A stretch of 64,000 nucleotides of DNA from Candidatus Acidiferrales bacterium (lineage in GTDB: Bacteria > Acidobacteriota > Terriglobia > Acidiferrales > UBA7541). The stretch is from positions 9,013 to 73,012 of the forward strand of contig JBJKQB010000352.1 in NCBI GenBank assembly GCA_046705825.1, read 5' to 3'. This document shows, piece by piece, positions 26,115 to 36,588 of this stretch. Numbering within the stretch: the first letter of the stretch is position 1; every line of letters starts with the position of its first letter. The notes below the pieces were generated by a model that worked only from the letters and a program-made list of their open reading frames with translations, did not search any database and was not told the origin of the DNA. The translations under genes were made by a program, and so were the position numbers.

Positions 26115-28799
26115 TCATTCGTGCCGCAGCGCGACCATGGGATCCAGCCGCATGGCCCTGCGCGAGGGGATGTAGCTTGCCAGCAGCAAAATGCCGATCA
26201 GCACGGCCGGCACGATAACCAGCGTGAGAGGATCGGTCGCGGTCACGCCGAAAAGCATTGTGGCCATCAGCCGCGTCAGCGCGAGGGACGCCAGCAGTCC
26301 CAAGCCGATGCCCGTGGCAGCCATTTTCCCCGCCTGACCCAGCACCAGGCGAAGAATATCCGGCGGCTGCGCGCCCAGCGCCATGCGAATGCCGATCTCA
26401 TGCCGGCGCTGCCCTACCACGTAGGAAACGACTCCATAAATTCCGATGACTCCCAGGATTAGCGCCATGGTAGCGGCAATCCCCAGCATCACCAGTGTGA
26501 ACGAAGTCTGCGCCAGGGATCGGTCGTACACGTCCTGCATCGTGCGCACATCCGCAAGCGGCAGGTCGGAATTCAGGGACCAAACCGCACGGCGCACCTG
26601 CTCGAGGAAGCCTGCCGTGCCGGCGCGCTCGGTCCGGATCGCAAACGTCACCGTGCGTACCGCATTTACCCCAGCGTCCATCGGTTCCGGGCTGTAGAGA
26701 TTTCCGGCCAGGGGCGGCCAGTAGACGATGGCCGGCGCCTTCTTGTTCACCCCATCTTCGTAAACGTTTTGCACCACGCCGATCACCTGGCGCCATGGCT
26801 CCCCGGAAAACTCGCGAAATCGTTTGCCGATCGCGTTCGACGGGGAGCCCCACAGTTCCGTCGCCAGATTCTCCGAAACCAATCCCACCGGGCGAAGGCC
26901 GTACACATCGGTCCAGGTCAGCTCGCGCCCCGCGATCAGCCGCGTCCCCGTGGTGCGGAAGAAGTCCGGAGAGACGTACTCGAAAAGGTAAAGTGGCGGA
27001 ACGGCGCCAGCCGGGCGCGCCGTATCCGCGGCAACTATAGTGTCCCAATTGGACGCGAACCCTTCCATCGGCATTTCACTCGCGAAAGCGGCGGAACTCA
27101 CGCCGGGAATCGCCCGCAGCTTATCGATGATGTCGTTTTGCGTGCGGGTCACGCGCCGGGGCTGCCGAATCAATTCTGCGGGGATCGAAATGCGCAGGAG
27201 CTGCAAGTGGCTCGCGTCCCTGAACCCGGGATCCACGTTCCGCAGCGATTGAAACGTGCGAATCATCAGCCCGGCGCTGACCAGCAGCACCAGCGCCATG
27301 GCCACCTGCGCCACCACCAGGACATTTCGCGCGCGATGCCGCTCGCGGCTTGCGCTCGACCTGCGGCTTGCGGAGTGAAGGACTGCGGGCGCCGCATAGC
27401 GCGCGTGTTTGAATGCCGAGAGCAGCCCAAACAACACGGCCGAAAGCACCGCGAGGGCGAGCGTAAAGGCCAGCGCGCGCCAGCCAAACGCAATCTCCCC
27501 CAGGCGCGGCAAATCAGCCGGGCCGATCGCAACCAGCAAGCGAAGCCCAGCAGCCGCCAGCGCGATTCCGGCCGCGCCGCCCAGCAGCCCTAAAACCAGG
27601 CTTTCCATCAGCAACTCGCGGACGATGCGGCCTCTCGGCGCACCCAACACCGCCCGTACCGCCAGCTCCTGCTGCCGCGATTCTCCCTTCACCAGCAGCA
27701 GATTCGCCACATTCGCGCACGCGATCAGCAACACGATTCCCACCGTGGCCATCACGATCCACAGAACCTTCCCGACGCTCCCAACGACGGCTTCCTTCAA
27801 AGGACAAATTTCAGGGGTGATTCGCCACACCTTATAGAAATGGGAATCCGTGCCCGGCCCGTTGGACCAGGAGTCCATCCAGATGGGCAGCATGCGGGAA
27901 AGGTCCACGTCGGCTTGCGCGATGCTCGCGCCGGGTTTGAGCCGGGCGATTCCCTGATACGCAAAACCCGCCAAAATCAGCTTGGCGCGATCGAAGGCCA
28001 GCGGCAAAATCAGATCCGCGTCCTGGTTGACGACCCGAAACCCTCGCGGCATCACCCCCACAATCTCCCGCGGCTGCGAGTCCACTTGAATCACTCGCCC
28101 GATCACCGGGCCGCCGCCAAAACGCCGCTGCCAATATCCGTAGCTCAACAGCGCGCGCCCGGAGCCGTGCGGGTCCTGGTCCGCGGCCGAAAGCCAGCGC
28201 CCGCGCAGCGGTGGAACGTCCAACGCTTCGAGCACACCTTCGCTGACCGACACGGTCCGTACCTGCTCCGGCCGGCCCAGGCCGGTGACGCTCGCCGTTC
28301 CCGGAAACCACACGCCCATGGATTGGAAGGTGCGGTTGTGCTCCGCGTAGGTGAAGTACATCGACGGCGAAAGCGGCAGCCCTTCGGAAAAATTCGCCAG
28401 GCCCGCTGCACCGGGCGCGGCCTGCTTCAGCGCCACAAGCTGCTGCGGCTGGGGATACCGCAGGGGCTCGAGCACGACGCTGTTCACCACCGAGAACACC
28501 GTCGCGTTGGCGCCAATCCCGATCGCCAGCGTGAGCACGGCGATCGCCGTGAATCCCGGCGATTTGCGCAGCACGCGCAAGGCGTGCCTCGCGTCGCGCA
28601 GCAGTTGCTCCAGCCAGACCGCGCTCCACACGTCACGCGTGTCTTCTCGGATGCGCGCCATGTTGCCGAATTTCACGCGGGCCGCGCGGCGCGCCTCCTC
28701 CGGTGGCATCCCGCGATCGATGTTGTCCTGCGTCTCGCGTTCGAGGTGATCGCGCATGTCGGCTTCGAGGCGCTCCAGCATCCCTTTGCGACGCCTCAT
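26115..28799 (-). CDS. ADOP-family duplicated permease (MacB-like, two FtsX domains), second copy
   Basis: Start at ATG 28799 ([46 protein letters not shown]), overlapping the padR stop as ATGA. Two MacB_PCD/FtsX halves. C-terminus ...[15 protein letters not shown] is similar to copy 1 (...[15 protein letters not shown]). Confidence 0.9.
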   Translation of the reverse strand: MRRRKGMLERLEADMRDHLERETQDNIDRGMPPEEARRAARVKFGNMARIREDTRDVWSAVWLEQLLRDARHALRVLRKSPGFTAIAVLTLAIGIGANATVFSVVNSVVLEPLRYPQPQQLVALKQAAPGAAGLANFSEGLPLSPSMYFTYAEHNRTFQSMGVWFPGTASVTGLGRPEQVRTVSVSEGVLEALDVPPLRGRWLSAADQDPHGSGRALLSYGYWQRRFGGGPVIGRVIQVDSQPREIVGVMPRGFRVVNQDADLILPLAFDRAKLILAGFAYQGIARLKPGASIAQADVDLSRMLPIWMDSWSNGPGTDSHFYKVWRITPEICPLKEAVVGSVGKVLWIVMATVGIVLLIACANVANLLLVKGESRQQELAVRAVLGAPRGRIVRELLMESLVLGLLGGAAGIALAAAGLRLLVAIGPADLPRLGEIAFGWRALAFTLALAVLSAVLFGLLSAFKHARYAAPAVLHSASRRSSASRERHRARNVLVVAQVAMALVLLVSAGLMIRTFQSLRNVDPGFRDASHLQLLRISIPAELIRQPRRVTRTQNDIIDKLRAIPGVSSAAFASEMPMEGFASNWDTIVAADTARPAGAVPPLYLFEYVSPDFFRTTGTRLIAGRELTWTDVYGLRPVGLVSENLATELWGSPSNAIGKRFREFSGEPWRQVIGVVQNVYEDGVNKKAPAIVYWPPLAGNLYSPEPMDAGVNAVRTVTFAIRTERAGTAGFLEQVRRAVWSLNSDLPLADVRTMQDVYDRSLAQTSFTLVMLGIAATMALILGVIGIYGVVSYVVGQRRHEIGIRMALGAQPPDILRLVLGQAGKMAATGIGLGLLASLALTRLMATMLFGVTATDPLTLVIVPAVLIGILLLASYIPSRRAMRLDPMVALRHE

Positions 28800-29152
28800 G
28801 GCTCGGCCTCCTGCCGCGCGGGACGCAGAATCCGCGCGATGGCCCCCGCCAGCTTGTCCCACTTCCTCGTCTCCAGCGCCAGCTGCTTCCGGCCTTTGGT
28901 TGTCAGCTGGTAGAAATTCGCGCGCCGGTTGTTTTCCGAAGCGCCCGCCTCGAGTCGAATCCAGCCTCGCTTGATCAGCCGGTGCAGCGCGGGGTAGAGC
29001 GACCCTTCTTCAACCTGAAGAACGTCGTCGGACCTGAACTGAATGGCTTTGGCGATGGCGTGGCCGTGCGCGGGGCCGAGTTGCAGCGTGCGCAGGATCA
29101 GCAGGTCCAGGGTGCCTTGCAGCAGTTCGACGCGCTCGCCGCTTCGTTCCAT
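28796..29152 (-). CDS. PadR family transcriptional regulator, second copy
   Basis: [38 protein letters not shown]...[24 protein letters not shown]. Confidence 0.9.
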   Translation of the reverse strand: MERSGERVELLQGTLDLLILRTLQLGPAHGHAIAKAIQFRSDDVLQVEEGSLYPALHRLIKRGWIRLEAGASENNRRANFYQLTTKGRKQLALETRKWDKLAGAIARILRPARQEAEP

Positions 29153-29158
29153 AGAATA

Positions 29159-29195
29159 TCTATGGGAAGATAAGCTGCGCCCCATAGAATGTCAA
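29159..29195 (-). promoter_or_regulatory. putative promoter plus inverted-repeat operator of padR-ADOP operon 2
   Basis: Minus strand reads TTGACA (29195..29190), a 17-nt spacer, then TATCTT (29172..29167). A perfect 8-bp inverted repeat, TCTATGGG (29159..29166) / CCCATAGA (29181..29188), brackets the -10 element. Confidence 0.45.
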
Positions 29196-29394
29196 GGGGG
29201 AAAGAGCGTCCTGCTTGCGCGAGGTCCTTCTGCCGAGCATGGAACCCCGCAGCACACCCTCTTGCGCTCGCGGTTTTGCCGTAAGCTGGGCGTCCGGCAG
29301 CACATCTCCTTGCCCGAGGAACTTTCCCTCGCCCTCGGTGTCGAATGATGGTGACGGCGCAGTGGCCCGGCAAGCTGCGGGCGGGTGAAGGACG

Positions 29395-31224
29395 ATGGCC
29401 GTCCTGGAAGCCAGAAACCTCGTCAAGTGCTACACGGCCGTTCCCGCCGTGGACGGCGTGACCTTCTCCATCCAGCCCGGCGAAGTGCTGGGGTGTCTCG
29501 GCCCCAACGGTTCGGGCAAGAGCACCATCGTGCGCGTGCTCACCGGGTTGATCCGGCCCACGCGCGGTGAGGTGCTCTCCGCCGGCGCCGACATCCAGAA
29601 CGATCTGGTGCGCTATCGCGAGGGTCTCGGCTACGTCCCCGAAGAGCCGGAACTCTATCCCTTTCTCTCCGGCTGGGAATACCTCGAGCTGGTCGGCACC
29701 TTGCGCGGTTTGCCCCACCGCACCCTCGAGAAGAAAATCGACGCTTTGCTGGAGCTTTTTTCGCTCGCTCCCGCGCGCTACGTGCCCATCTGGAAGTGGG
29801 ACGCGCTGATTCCGGACCGCCGCGATTATGTCAATCTCGCCCCCCTGCCCATTCCGCCGAAAAATATCCTGTACGCCAATCTGACGGCGCTGTTGCTTCT
29901 GGCCGGCGTGCTTGCGCTGGATGTGAATGCGGCCTCTTCGGTCATCTTCCCGCTGATCGTGTGCGGTTCGGTGACGCCGTTCGCCTATATGGCCGTTTTC
30001 TTCGCAACGCATCTTCTGTCCGTCGTCCTGGCGAGTATTTTCAGTTTTTTCTTTGTGCTGGCCGTTCTGGGAACATTGATGGCGGTGCTGCCTTATCGGC
30101 TCTTCCGCCGATGCTCGGTATACGTGCGCTGCGCCATGATCGTCTTCCTGATGGCGGCTCTCTCCACAAGTTTCGTCATGACTGGCGCGCTCCGTCATTT
30201 GTCTCAAAGCCCGCAACCGCTCGTTCAGTTGCTCTCGCCCGTGTGGTTCCTGGGGCTGTGCCAGCACCTGCGCGGAATTCCCGGTCCCGCGTTCGCGGCG
30301 TTGGGAAGAATCGCGGTCGTCGCCTCCGGCGTGTCGTTGCTTTTCGCGCTGGGCGCGTACGCGCTCAGCTATCGGCGATGCTTTACGCAGAGTTCCGAAT
30401 CCATTTCCAATTTCGCCGCCGTGGGCAACGCGATCCGCCGCGGCAAGCTACAGCGCCTGCTGCGTCCCCTCTTGCGCACCCGGTTCCAGCGCGCCTCTTT
30501 CCCGTTCACCCTGAAAACGCTCTTCCGCAGCGAAAATCACACGCTGATCGTCGGCGGTTTTACGGGAATGGGAATCGTGCTTGCCTCTCAGACGCTGTTT
30601 CAGGCGGCTCCGGCGGCAGGGACGCGGGCGTTGCCGCCTCCGGCGCTGCTGAGCCCGCCGCTCATCGTGGCGTATTGCCTGCTTTTGGGCCTGCGCTTCT
30701 CGTTCGAGATTCCCGTCACACTGCGAGCGAATTGGATTTTCCGCCTGCGCACGAATCCGGACACCGGCGAGTGCGTGGCGCTCGCGCGCAAGATCATGCT
30801 GGCCTTCTCGTTTCCCCTCCTCGCAATATGCCTGCTGGCCTATGATTTGCGCTGGGGCTCGGCCTTCGCCGCGATTCACACTGCCGTCGTTGCCGCGGTC
30901 TCCCTGCTGCTCATCGAAATCCTGCTGCTGCGCTTCCGCAAGATACCCTTCACCTGCTCGGCGCCGCAGTTCAAGAGCAACCTGCTCGTTTCGGTCTTCC
31001 TTTATTTTCGAGGCTTCGTTGTGTTCACGTCCTGGGTGCCTGCGGCCGAAGAGGCTGCGTTTGCCGACCCGCTGTGGTACATGGCTTTCGTCGCGGGCGT
31101 CGCCCTGCTTTGGCTGTTGCTGAAACGCTATCGCGGAGAAATGACCTGCGTGGATAAGCGGCTCATTTTCGAAGAACAGCCTGAGCCTGCCGTCGAACGC
31201 CTCGATCTGACCTTCAGCAGATAA
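29395..31224 (+). CDS. chimeric ORF: ABC-transporter ATPase N-terminal fragment (Walker A + Q-loop only) fused in frame to a polytopic membrane domain; possible deletion-derived pseudogene
   Basis: Residues 1-125 read LEARNLVKCYTAVPAVDGVTFSIQPGEVLGCLGPNGSGKST...GYVPEEPELYPFLSGWEYLELVG...LLELFSL. At the position where the LSGGQ signature and Walker B motif are expected, the sequence continues into hydrophobic membrane sequence (from ...ILYANLTALLLLAGVLAL onward, about 8-10 TM segments). Confidence 0.6.
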   Translation: MAVLEARNLVKCYTAVPAVDGVTFSIQPGEVLGCLGPNGSGKSTIVRVLTGLIRPTRGEVLSAGADIQNDLVRYREGLGYVPEEPELYPFLSGWEYLELVGTLRGLPHRTLEKKIDALLELFSLAPARYVPIWKWDALIPDRRDYVNLAPLPIPPKNILYANLTALLLLAGVLALDVNAASSVIFPLIVCGSVTPFAYMAVFFATHLLSVVLASIFSFFFVLAVLGTLMAVLPYRLFRRCSVYVRCAMIVFLMAALSTSFVMTGALRHLSQSPQPLVQLLSPVWFLGLCQHLRGIPGPAFAALGRIAVVASGVSLLFALGAYALSYRRCFTQSSESISNFAAVGNAIRRGKLQRLLRPLLRTRFQRASFPFTLKTLFRSENHTLIVGGFTGMGIVLASQTLFQAAPAAGTRALPPPALLSPPLIVAYCLLLGLRFSFEIPVTLRANWIFRLRTNPDTGECVALARKIMLAFSFPLLAICLLAYDLRWGSAFAAIHTAVVAAVSLLLIEILLLRFRKIPFTCSAPQFKSNLLVSVFLYFRGFVVFTSWVPAAEEAAFADPLWYMAFVAGVALLWLLLKRYRGEMTCVDKRLIFEEQPEPAVERLDLTFSR

Positions 31225-31236
31225 CCAACAAAAGAT

Positions 31237-32061
31237 TCAGCGGCGTGCGCGGTCCTTTTGCACCGCCTCCTCGATCAGGGCGTCGAGTTCGGTGCGGGTC
31301 AGCGTGACCCGCTCGCCCTCGCTGCTGGAAGTGACCAAGCACGGTCCCGCGCCATTCCCCGGCGCGCCGCAGTGCGCGCGGGCAGCCAGCAGTTTGTCCA
31401 CTTCCTCGCGCGAAAGCAGGACTTGATGGCCCAGCAGTCGGCTCACCAGCCCCACGCGCGCGGCGTGTTCGGCAGTCTCCATGCGGAAAAACGCGGTCAG
31501 CAGGTCCGGGCCGTAAGTCACCACGCCGTGATTGGCCAGCAGGATCGCGTCGTGATTCTCCACCAGCGGTTCGATGGCCGCGGCCAGTTCCGGAGTGCCC
31601 GGCGTCCCGTAGCGCGCTACCGGTACGCACCCTAGCGTGACCACCAACTCCGCGAGCATCGCGCGATTCAACGGTATGCCCGCCACTGCGTAACCCGTCG
31701 CCGTGGGCGGATGCGCATGGCAAATGGCCTGGACGTCGGGCCGCCGGCCATAGATCAGCAGATGCATGCCCATTTCGCTCGAAGGGTTGCGGCGCCCGCT
31801 GAGCTTCTTGCCGGCCATGTCGATGACCACCATGTCCTCCGGCGCCATCATCCCCTTGTTCAGACACGTCGGCGAAGTGAGGATTCGACGGGAGTCGAGG
31901 CGGACGGAGATGTTGCCATCGGTCGAGGCCACGTAGCCGCGCTCGCAAATCCACCGGCCCACCGCGCAGATCTCGCGCCGGTGCTCTTCTTCCGTTTTCA
32001 GCACGCCGGGTGAAACCGATTCGGAATGCAGTGCTGCCTCCTTACAACGCCCGGGGGCCAT
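31237..32061 (-). CDS. class II aldolase/adducin family protein
   Basis: CAVGRWICERGYVASTDGNISVRL, SSEMGMHLLIY and the His cluster ICHAHPPTATGYAV...LANHGVVTYG are typical of the family. Confidence 0.8.
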   Translation of the reverse strand: MAPGRCKEAALHSESVSPGVLKTEEEHRREICAVGRWICERGYVASTDGNISVRLDSRRILTSPTCLNKGMMAPEDMVVIDMAGKKLSGRRNPSSEMGMHLLIYGRRPDVQAICHAHPPTATGYAVAGIPLNRAMLAELVVTLGCVPVARYGTPGTPELAAAIEPLVENHDAILLANHGVVTYGPDLLTAFFRMETAEHAARVGLVSRLLGHQVLLSREEVDKLLAARAHCGAPGNGAGPCLVTSSSEGERVTLTRTELDALIEEAVQKDRARR

Positions 32062-32062
32062 C

Positions 32063-33331
32063 TCAAGCGTAAATGCCGCGCAGCTTCAACACGCGTGCCA
32101 CACGGTCGATGGCGACAATGTACGCGGCAATCCGGTTGTTGACCTTATGCAATTCCGCGTAGTGTACCACTTCGTCGAAGCTCCGCTCCATCACATCGCG
32201 CAGACGCTCGTTCACTTCGCGCTCGCGCCAGAAAAAGCCTTGGCGGTCCTGCACCCATTCGAAATAGCTGACCGTCACGCCGCCCGCGTTCCCTAGAATA
32301 TCCGGGATCACGAAAATACCTTTTTTCTCGATGATCGGGTCGGCATATGAAGTGGTCGGCCCGTTCGCGCCCTCGCACAGTATCTTGCACTCCACGCGCG
32401 CAGCATTTTCCGTGGTGATCTGGTTCTCCGTTGCGGCGGGAACCAGAATGTCGCACGGGCGAAACAGAATCTCCTGCGCGCTCGTCTTCTCACCTCCGCC
32501 CGGAAAATCGGGCAGCGGTTTGCGCTGGGTATAAACCCATTCGGCGATCTTGGGGATATCCAGGCCGCCTTCATTGTAGAGACCGCCGTAGATGTCGGCG
32601 ATCCCGATGATCTTGAATCCCACTTCGTGCATCAACAGAGCGGCTTGCGAGCCCACATTGCCAAAACCCTGTATGATGACGCGGCAGTTCTGGCTGTACA
32701 TGCCCAGCTTGTGAATGGCTTTGTTGCAGCAGAGCATCAGCCCGCGGCCGGTCGCTTCGCGGCGTCCTTGTGAGCCGCCCAAATCGAGCGGTTTCCCGGT
32801 GACCACGGCGGTAGTGGCCTGGCGCACGTGCATCGAGTAGGTGTCCATCACCCAGGCCATGGTCTGCTCGTTGGTGCCCAGGTCGGGCGCGGGGACATCG
32901 CGCTCCGGTCCGAACCATTCGCACAATTCGGCGGTGTAGCGGCGGGTGATGCGCTCCAGTTCGCTGCGCGAGAGCTTGGTCGGATCGCAGATGATCCCGC
33001 CCTTCGCGCCTCCGAAGGGAATGCTCACCACCGCGCATTTCCAGGTCATCCAAGCGGCCAGCGCGCGCACTTCGTCAATCGAGACATTCGGCGCGAAGCG
33101 GATGCCGCCCTTGCCTGGCCCGCGCACCGCGGAATGCAGCACGCGGTAGCCGATGAATACTTCCAGCTTGCCGTTGTCCAGCGCCACCGGAACGTACACC
33201 GTGATTTCTTTGCTGGGATATTTCAGATACCGGTAGACGCCCTCTTCGAGCCCGAGCTTTTGCGCGGCCGCCTCGAAGCGCGCATCCGCGGAGCGATAGA
33301 CGTTCAGCTCATCGGCAGTGACCGCAGACAT
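32063..33331 (-). CDS. gdhA: Glu/Leu/Phe/Val dehydrogenase family; glutamate dehydrogenase
   Basis: Start at ATG 33331 with SD gggaggtgg. Motifs [37 protein letters not shown] and EGANGPTT. Confidence 0.9.
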   Translation of the reverse strand: MSAVTADELNVYRSADARFEAAAQKLGLEEGVYRYLKYPSKEITVYVPVALDNGKLEVFIGYRVLHSAVRGPGKGGIRFAPNVSIDEVRALAAWMTWKCAVVSIPFGGAKGGIICDPTKLSRSELERITRRYTAELCEWFGPERDVPAPDLGTNEQTMAWVMDTYSMHVRQATTAVVTGKPLDLGGSQGRREATGRGLMLCCNKAIHKLGMYSQNCRVIIQGFGNVGSQAALLMHEVGFKIIGIADIYGGLYNEGGLDIPKIAEWVYTQRKPLPDFPGGGEKTSAQEILFRPCDILVPAATENQITTENAARVECKILCEGANGPTTSYADPIIEKKGIFVIPDILGNAGGVTVSYFEWVQDRQGFFWREREVNERLRDVMERSFDEVVHYAELHKVNNRIAAYIVAIDRVARVLKLRGIYA

Positions 33332-33528
33332 ACCACCTCCCTGGGCTTCGCGCACTCTTTCCGAGCGCGCGCAAACCGGCCCGGCCGCGCGTCGAGCATG
33401 CACGTCCACACCCGCCGGGCGGCGGCCAGTATACGAACGCACGCTCTCACGCGCAAGAACCCGCCCGGTATTCTAGTTGGACTTTGCGCAACAGGAATTG
33501 GTTACCGCAAGCGCATGCGGGATACCGC

Positions 33529-34317
33529 TCAGGTTTGTAGGAGCGAACGGGCGCTGCGAATTGAAACGATGGCAGCAAGAGCAAAAAGTGCCGTGCTGAG
33601 GAGCCAGCTGACGGCGCTCGTCAAACCAAGTGGGCCGAGACGCGCATGGAATGCCGCGTTGCGGCTGGCCTCGAATCCCCAAGCCGCTACGCTGACGAAC
33701 ATCACCGCGAATCCGGCCGCAGCGAACGGCGCGAGGAAATTGGCGAAACGCACTGGCGCCAGGATCAACTTCGCCCCAGGCACGGAAACCCGCACTTGGA
33801 GGATTTGGCTCCTGCGCAGCATTTGCGCGACGCTCAAAGCCGCGCTCGCGAATGCAAGAATCATCAGCGCTGCCGTAATCGAGCCGGTAATCCAGCGGAA
33901 AGCCTCCGAGGGCCAGCCGGGATTCGCGAACTGAACGGTCCAGGGCAGGGCTGCCCAGTGACCTCCGGTCCAAACCGCAATGGCGGCCACCCAGCCGGCC
34001 AGTGCAACAACAGCCGCGATCGGCAAGCAAAATCCCAGCAGAATGCCGGGCCGGCGGTTCGACACACCATCGCGCAGCAGCGACCACGCGAGTGGCGCGC
34101 CACCAGCGACAACCACCGCGCCAGTGATCAGCGCTCCCACCTGCACGCCGATCCAGCAAGCAAGGAAAGTACGGTCGCGCTGCATCGCTGCCACAAACGG
34201 CGAGTCTGCAACCATTCCGTAAAGAATCATTCCCGCTGGAACCGCGGCCATCCAGGCGCACCAGATGGCGCTGCCGGTCCTCGCAGATGCTCGTTCGATT
34301 TCAGGCGACGAAACCAT
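33529..34317 (-). CDS. hypothetical polytopic membrane protein
   Basis: 262 aa with 6-7 hydrophobic segments. The overlapping plus-strand ORF is Arg-rich and looks non-coding. Confidence 0.5.
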   Translation of the reverse strand: MVSSPEIERASARTGSAIWCAWMAAVPAGMILYGMVADSPFVAAMQRDRTFLACWIGVQVGALITGAVVVAGGAPLAWSLLRDGVSNRRPGILLGFCLPIAAVVALAGWVAAIAVWTGGHWAALPWTVQFANPGWPSEAFRWITGSITAALMILAFASAALSVAQMLRRSQILQVRVSVPGAKLILAPVRFANFLAPFAAAGFAVMFVSVAAWGFEASRNAAFHARLGPLGLTSAVSWLLSTALFALAAIVSIRSARSLLQT

Positions 34318-34350
34318 CTAACCTCCACAGGCAATGCCCGCGGCGCAACG

Positions 34351-34581
34351 TCAGCGGGTCAGTTTGTGTGAAGTACGCGAAGCCACCCAGGCCAGCAGCG
34401 TGCACGCGCAAACCCAGTACGGGAAGATTCCGTACAGCGTATCCGAGGCGGAATGCGAATGGCGATCGATGGCCACAAACACTTGCAGGCAAAACAGCGA
34501 GGTCAAAACGACGGCGAGCCAGCCCGGCCATGCAACCGGCCGGTAAAACCATCCCGACTCTCGGAACCAGATCCGCCTCAT
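34351..34581 (-). CDS. small hypothetical membrane protein (2 TM)
   Basis: 76 aa: GWLAVVLTSLFCLQVFVAI and IFPYWVCACTLLAWVA. Confidence 0.4.
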   Translation of the reverse strand: MRRIWFRESGWFYRPVAWPGWLAVVLTSLFCLQVFVAIDRHSHSASDTLYGIFPYWVCACTLLAWVASRTSHKLTR

Positions 34582-34645
34582 GGGAATGCTCCTCTCGCGC
34601 GCGCTTCGGCAATGAACAGGGACTGCCGCCCGGACCGTGGTTGTC

Positions 34646-35380
34646 CTAGCTTGCCGCGGCTTCCGGCAGGCGGCCGAAACGCCGCTCGCGGCCTAGAAAG
34701 TCCTCGACCGCGTCCGCCAGGTCCTTGGTATCGAAGTCCGGCCACATGCGCGGCGTGAAAAACAGTTCGGCGTAAGCGCATTCCCACAGCATGAAATCGC
34801 TCAGGCGCCGTTCGCCTCCGGTGCGGATCAGCAGGTCCACGTCGGCAGCCGGCCCTTCCGAGTTCGTCACCTCGCCCAGCCGCCGGGCGAATTCGCGCTC
34901 GGAAACCTCCAGACTGGAAAGCATCCAGCAGGCCGCGCGCAGGATCGCTTCGCGCGAAGAGTAGTCCAGCGCGATGCGCAAATCGAGTTTGCGCCCCGCT
35001 GCGGTGGAGCGCTCGGCGAATTGAATCGCGCTGACCAGCGACGGCGGAACGCGGTCCCGCCGCCCGATCACGCGGATACGCACGCTTTCCTTCGCGCATT
35101 CCGACGCCTCGCCCAGCAGAAATTCCTCCAGCAATCCCAGCAGCGACATCACCTCGCTCGCCGGGCGTTCCCAGTTGTTCGAGGAAAACGCGTAGAGCGT
35201 GAGCGTGCCGATGCCCAGCGACGGCGCGGCGTGCACCACCCGGCGCACGGCAGCCACACCCGCGCGGTGCCCTTCCGAGCGCGCCAAGCCCCGCGAAGCG
35301 GCCCAGCGCCCGTTCCCATCCAGAAGAATGGCCACGTGCAATTTCGAATCCGGAACAACACTCAAATGGCTCTTGTTCAT
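34646..35380 (-). CDS. uppS: isoprenyl transferase (undecaprenyl-diphosphate synthase family)
   Basis: HVAILLDGNGRWA, GHRAG, LTLYAFSSNNWERP, IRTGGERRLSDFMLWE and ELFFTPRMWPDF. Confidence 0.9.
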   Translation of the reverse strand: MNKSHLSVVPDSKLHVAILLDGNGRWAASRGLARSEGHRAGVAAVRRVVHAAPSLGIGTLTLYAFSSNNWERPASEVMSLLGLLEEFLLGEASECAKESVRIRVIGRRDRVPPSLVSAIQFAERSTAAGRKLDLRIALDYSSREAILRAACWMLSSLEVSEREFARRLGEVTNSEGPAADVDLLIRTGGERRLSDFMLWECAYAELFFTPRMWPDFDTKDLADAVEDFLGRERRFGRLPEAAAS

Positions 35381-35468
35381 ATGAGGACTTGGTATCCAAT
35401 TACCCTTTCCGGTGCGTTGCCGCGATCCACTTCATTAGAAATTCCAAAACAAAATCCAAAACGCGCTT

Positions 35469-35873
35469 CTACCTCTCGCGCGTGGCACGGATCAGCGCTT
35501 CCATGTGATCCAGGTATTTCTCCAGCGCGCGCCGACCCGACGGCGTCAAGCGGTACTCTGTCTTGGGCAGCCGGTTGGCAAACGATTTTGCGCAGGCCAC
35601 GTAGCCCGCATCCTCCAGCTTCCGCGCGTGCACGCTCAAGTTTCCGTCGCTCACCCCCAGCAGCTGCTTCAGCTCCCGGAAAGTCAGCGAATTGCTCACC
35701 GCCAGCGCGCTCACGATGGCCAGCCGCGTGCGCTCGTGAATCACCCGGTCGAGATTCGCCGCCGGCGCTTCGGAAAGCGCGGGTGCCGTCACCTTTCTCG
35801 ATTTCTCTTCCCGCTGCTTTTCGTCCCGCTGCGCGCGGGCCGCGTTGGACCTAGCCACCATACTTCCTCGCAA
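35469..35873 (-). CDS. winged-helix transcriptional regulator (HTH_34/ArsR-MarR-like)
   Basis: LDRVIHERTRLAIVSALAVSNSLTFRELKQLLGVSDGNLSVHARKLEDAGYV...EYRLTPSGRRALEKYLDHMEALI. The start could instead be the internal ATG at 35861. Confidence 0.8.
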   Translation of the reverse strand: MRGSMVARSNAARAQRDEKQREEKSRKVTAPALSEAPAANLDRVIHERTRLAIVSALAVSNSLTFRELKQLLGVSDGNLSVHARKLEDAGYVACAKSFANRLPKTEYRLTPSGRRALEKYLDHMEALIRATRER

Positions 35874-36462
35874 TCACTCCTCCGAAGAGGATATGGAATC
35901 CGCCGAACCCCACCGCCAGCAGGATGTTGCTCCAGCTGGCTGGCGAGAACAGCGCCACCGCGCCCAGCACCATGAAACACAGCCCCATCAAAGGCACCAC
36001 GCGGATCGAAAATGCCCCGCCCGTGACCACCGCTGTCCCGTAGAGCAGCAGCCACATTCCGGGAATGCTCCCGAATAGCCCTTCGCGCACCAGCACGATG
36101 CTTAACAGGGCGCCCACAAAAATCGGCGGCGCGAAGCTGTACACGAAGCGCCGCCCCGGCCCAGAAAACAGCGACGCGCCCGAATGCCGCGCTTTGGTAA
36201 ATGTCGTCCAGGACGCGATGCCGATGGCGATCGCGGCCTCCAGCATCCATGTGACCAGCCAGGCCAGGCGTGTATCCTGGAACGACGCAATTGCCGCGGC
36301 GCCCAACGCCGTAATCCCGATAGCCACCCCGCCCCAGCCCGGCACGGCGGTGAACGACCCGGCCCGCTCCATGGTCTCGCGGATGAAACGCAGGTTGTCG
36401 CGCGCGCGATCGTCGAGGGCGACCGGGTGAGTCGGTTCGGGCCAGGGTTCTTGACCGGGCAT
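35851..36462 (-). CDS. hypothetical membrane protein, co-transcribed with the winged-helix regulator
   Basis: 203 aa with about 6 TM segments. Its 3' end overlaps the regulator start by 11-23 nt. Confidence 0.6.
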   Translation of the reverse strand: MPGQEPWPEPTHPVALDDRARDNLRFIRETMERAGSFTAVPGWGGVAIGITALGAAAIASFQDTRLAWLVTWMLEAAIAIGIASWTTFTKARHSGASLFSGPGRRFVYSFAPPIFVGALLSIVLVREGLFGSIPGMWLLLYGTAVVTGGAFSIRVVPLMGLCFMVLGAVALFSPASWSNILLAVGFGGFHILFGGVIARKYGG

Positions 36463-36588
36463 AATGTCACGCTAGCGGTAGGCACCGACTCATGTCAAGT
36501 ACTTTGTGAAATAAAGTTTCGCCCCCTGTGCCTTGTCCCTCAACCCTTCGCGGGACTATCCTGTTTCCCGCAGTTCACCGGAGGACTC

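Noticed and set aside
29796-30845. 349-aa alternate-frame plus-strand ORF inside the chimeric ABC gene
   Set aside because: Its Arg/Ala/Pro-rich translation has no TM segments. The 29395 frame gives coherent ABC motifs and hydrophobic helices.
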